DNA from: an uncultured Planctomycetota bacterium
Lineage (GTDB): Bacteria > Planctomycetota > Planctomycetia > Isosphaerales > Isosphaeraceae
Direction: 5' to 3'
Length of the DNA stretch: 64,000 bases
Assembly (NCBI GenBank): GCA_963737655.1
Contig: CAVTTN010000002.1
Span: forward strand, 7,360,001-7,424,000
Below, piece by piece: positions 62,221 to 64,000 of the stretch (positions are counted from its first letter, which is position 1; the number at the start of each line of letters is the position of its first letter). The position numbers were made by a program, and so were the translations under genes. The notes beneath the pieces were generated by a model. The model ran no database searches. It was not told the DNA's origin and saw nothing but the letters and a program-made list of their open reading frames with translations.

Positions 62221-64000
62221 TCAAGAAACGATCGATTGGGCGCCGACGTCGGCCGACGCCCCATTGGCCGCGACGATCCGGCCCTGGACGGCCACCTGCA
62301 CCTGCCCCTTGACCGGCTTGACGAGGTGGATCGTGACCGTGTGCGTGGCGGGATCGTAGTTCGCCCCCGAGACGAAGACCGGCTTCTTGAATTGCACCGT
62401 CCGCTTCCGCCGGACCCCGAGGGCCAGAGAATAGAGCGAGGTATTGGAGGCCGAGCCGGCGTCCATCGACTCGTTGAAGTTGACGGACACCGAGGTGATC
62501 CCGCGCCGGGAATGGGTCACGTTCCCGATACCCGTCACCTGAGGAGGCGTCGGAGGCGGCGGCGGAGGCGGGGGTGGCGGGGGAGGTGTCGGCGTGGGCG
62601 TCGGGTTCGGGGTGGGTGTCGGGGTGGGCGTCGGAGTGGGTGTGGGTGTCGGGGTGGGCGTCGGAGTGGGTGTCGGAGACGGGGCGGGCGCCGGAGGGGG
62701 CGGCGGTGCGGGCGGATTCAACTCGGCCACGAAGACGCTGGACGTCCCCGCGTTGTGGAGCGTCTGGTTGCCGAACGTGGTCGCACCCTGGTAGGCGCCG
62801 ACCACCCCGACATGCCCGTTCGGGCTGACGGCGATCCCGCTGGGCTGGGTGTTGCCGTCGGGACCGCCGGCCGCCACGGCGGAGGTCAGGGCCCCGTTGG
62901 AGGAGTTGCCGTCGATCTGGAGCACGTAGAGGTTCAGGGCGCTGGTCGATTGACTCACCGGGTTGAGGACGACCGCACCGCTGGCGTCCTGCCCGTAGGT
63001 GGCCGAGCCGGAGAACTGTCCCTCGGCGTAGACATTATTGGAGGCGTCGATGGCGAGGCCGAGGCCGTCATTGCTCGTCCCGTAGGTCGGGTCGGTGTTG
63101 CCGCTGCCGAACCGGTTGGCCCACACGATTCGGATGTCGGGGTTGAACTTGGCGATGAAGGCGTTGGGTGCATCCTGCGCGCTGTCGAGCGTGTAGGAGT
63201 GGCCTCGGGGGTTGAAATCGACGCCATGCCCCTCGAACGTCCCGGTGATGTAGACGTTATTCTTGCTGTCGATGGCGATCCCGCTGGCGACGTCGTCGCC
63301 GCTCCCGCCGAAGGACTGGGCATCGACGAAGTTGCCGATCGAGGTGTTGTCCAGCTTCGTCAGGAAGATGTCATACCCGCCGTTATCGACGGCCGGTAGA
63401 TCCTGATTCGCGTCCGGGTTGAGGTTGACCTCGAACGAATCGCCCTGCAGATAGGAGCCGGTCGCGTAGACCGCACCGGTCGAGTCGATCGCCACCCCGT
63501 TGACGTTGGCGAGCTGGGCCCCGGCGGTCAGGTCCTTGGCGTAGATGAAGGACAGGTTGCCGTTGAACTTGGCGACGAACGCCTCGGTGTCGGAGTCCGA
63601 GTCGGTGCTCAACTCGCCGTCGATGCTGCCGGTGCCGGGCTTGAAGTCGATGGTGTTCTGGAACGACCCGCCGACGACGACGTTCTTGCCGGCGGGATCG
63701 ACGGCGATGGTGCTCCCCTGGTCGAACCCGCTGGAGCCGAAATCGACGGCGTTGGCGTAGGTGCCGTCGGCGTTGAGCTTCAGGAGGAAGAGGTCATCGC
63801 CGCCCGACGTGGGCGTGAGGACCTGGCTGTTGCCGACGGTCGGGTCGAAATTGACGGGGTCGGAGAACGTGCCGGTGACGAACACGTCCCCGGCCGAATC
63901 GACGGCCAGGGCATTGCCGATGTCGAACCCTCCGCCGCCGCCTCCGAAGGGATCGGCCGACTCGTGGAAGACGTCCACCCAGACCGGCGTGCCGCTCGGG
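62221..64000 (-). CDS. large extracellular SBBP/beta-propeller repeat protein with Pro/Thr linker (5' end outside the window)
   Basis: Repeated GxAxDSxGxVYxTGxF and D(I/A)F(L/V)xK units; (PT)n linker; C-terminal Ig-like domain. Confidence 0.85.
   Translation of the reverse strand, partial: PSGTPVWVDVFHESADPFGGGGGGFDIGNALAVDSAGDVFVTGTFSDPVNFDPTVGNSQVLTPTSGGDDLFLLKLNADGTYANAVDFGSSGFDQGSTIAVDPAGKNVVVGGSFQNTIDFKPGTGSIDGELSTDSDSDTEAFVAKFNGNLSFIYAKDLTAGAQLANVNGVAIDSTGAVYATGSYLQGDSFEVNLNPDANQDLPAVDNGGYDIFLTKLDNTSIGNFVDAQSFGGSGDDVASGIAIDSKNNVYITGTFEGHGVDFNPRGHSYTLDSAQDAPNAFIAKFNPDIRIVWANRFGSGNTDPTYGTSNDGLGLAIDASNNVYAEGQFSGSATYGQDASGAVVLNPVSQSTSALNLYVLQIDGNSSNGALTSAVAAGGPDGNTQPSGIAVSPNGHVGVVGAYQGATTFGNQTLHNAGTSSVFVAELNPPAPPPPPAPAPSPTPTPTPTPTPTPTPTPTPTPTPNPTPTPTPPPPPPPPPPPPTPPQVTGIGNVTHSRRGITSVSVNFNESMDAGSASNTSLYSLALGVRRKRTVQFKKPVFVSGANYDPATHTVTIHLVKPVKGQVQVAVQGRIVAANGASADVGAQSIVS
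62545..62710 (-). repeat. low-complexity Pro/Thr linker with imperfect tandem repeats
   Basis: PPAPPPPPAPAPS(PT)nPNPTPTPT(P)n; GTGGGTGTCGGGGTGGGCGTCGGAGTGGGT occurs twice. Confidence 0.85.

Overview
High-GC bacterial chromosomal DNA, almost certainly from a planctomycete of the Isosphaeraceae type. Indicators are the PVC-type CxxCH protein, DUF1573, DUF1571, DUF1080, a LEGRALL-type extracellular leader, a TPR plus tandem RNAP alpha-CTD protein, a fae paralogue and Uma2 genes. Most of the window is housekeeping or metabolic: rimI, hslVU, glxK-thiL-tsaE, hom-apgM-lysC-argG, queD, tgt-yajC-secDF, pyc-birA, an HtrA-like protease, an Fe-ADH and an FAD/Fe-S oxidoreductase. There is also a probable carbohydrate-utilisation cluster and several lineage-specific hypothetical genes. 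I saw no rRNA, tRNA, CRISPR array, transposase or phage genes. The most striking unexplained structure is non-coding: at least four GTAG-headed REP-like palindrome families plus other long inverted repeats. These include two diverged elements of exactly 147 bp (REPIN-like), a nested multi-family palindrome of about 240 bp, and REP copies that supply the stop codons of hom, lysC and a hypothetical gene. Two tandem Uma2 genes share a perfectly identical 170-bp 5' block. About nine frameshifts, mostly 1-nt losses in short G/C runs and including one in secDF, look like long-read assembly errors rather than true pseudogenes. All product calls come from motif recognition by eye; no database search was run.
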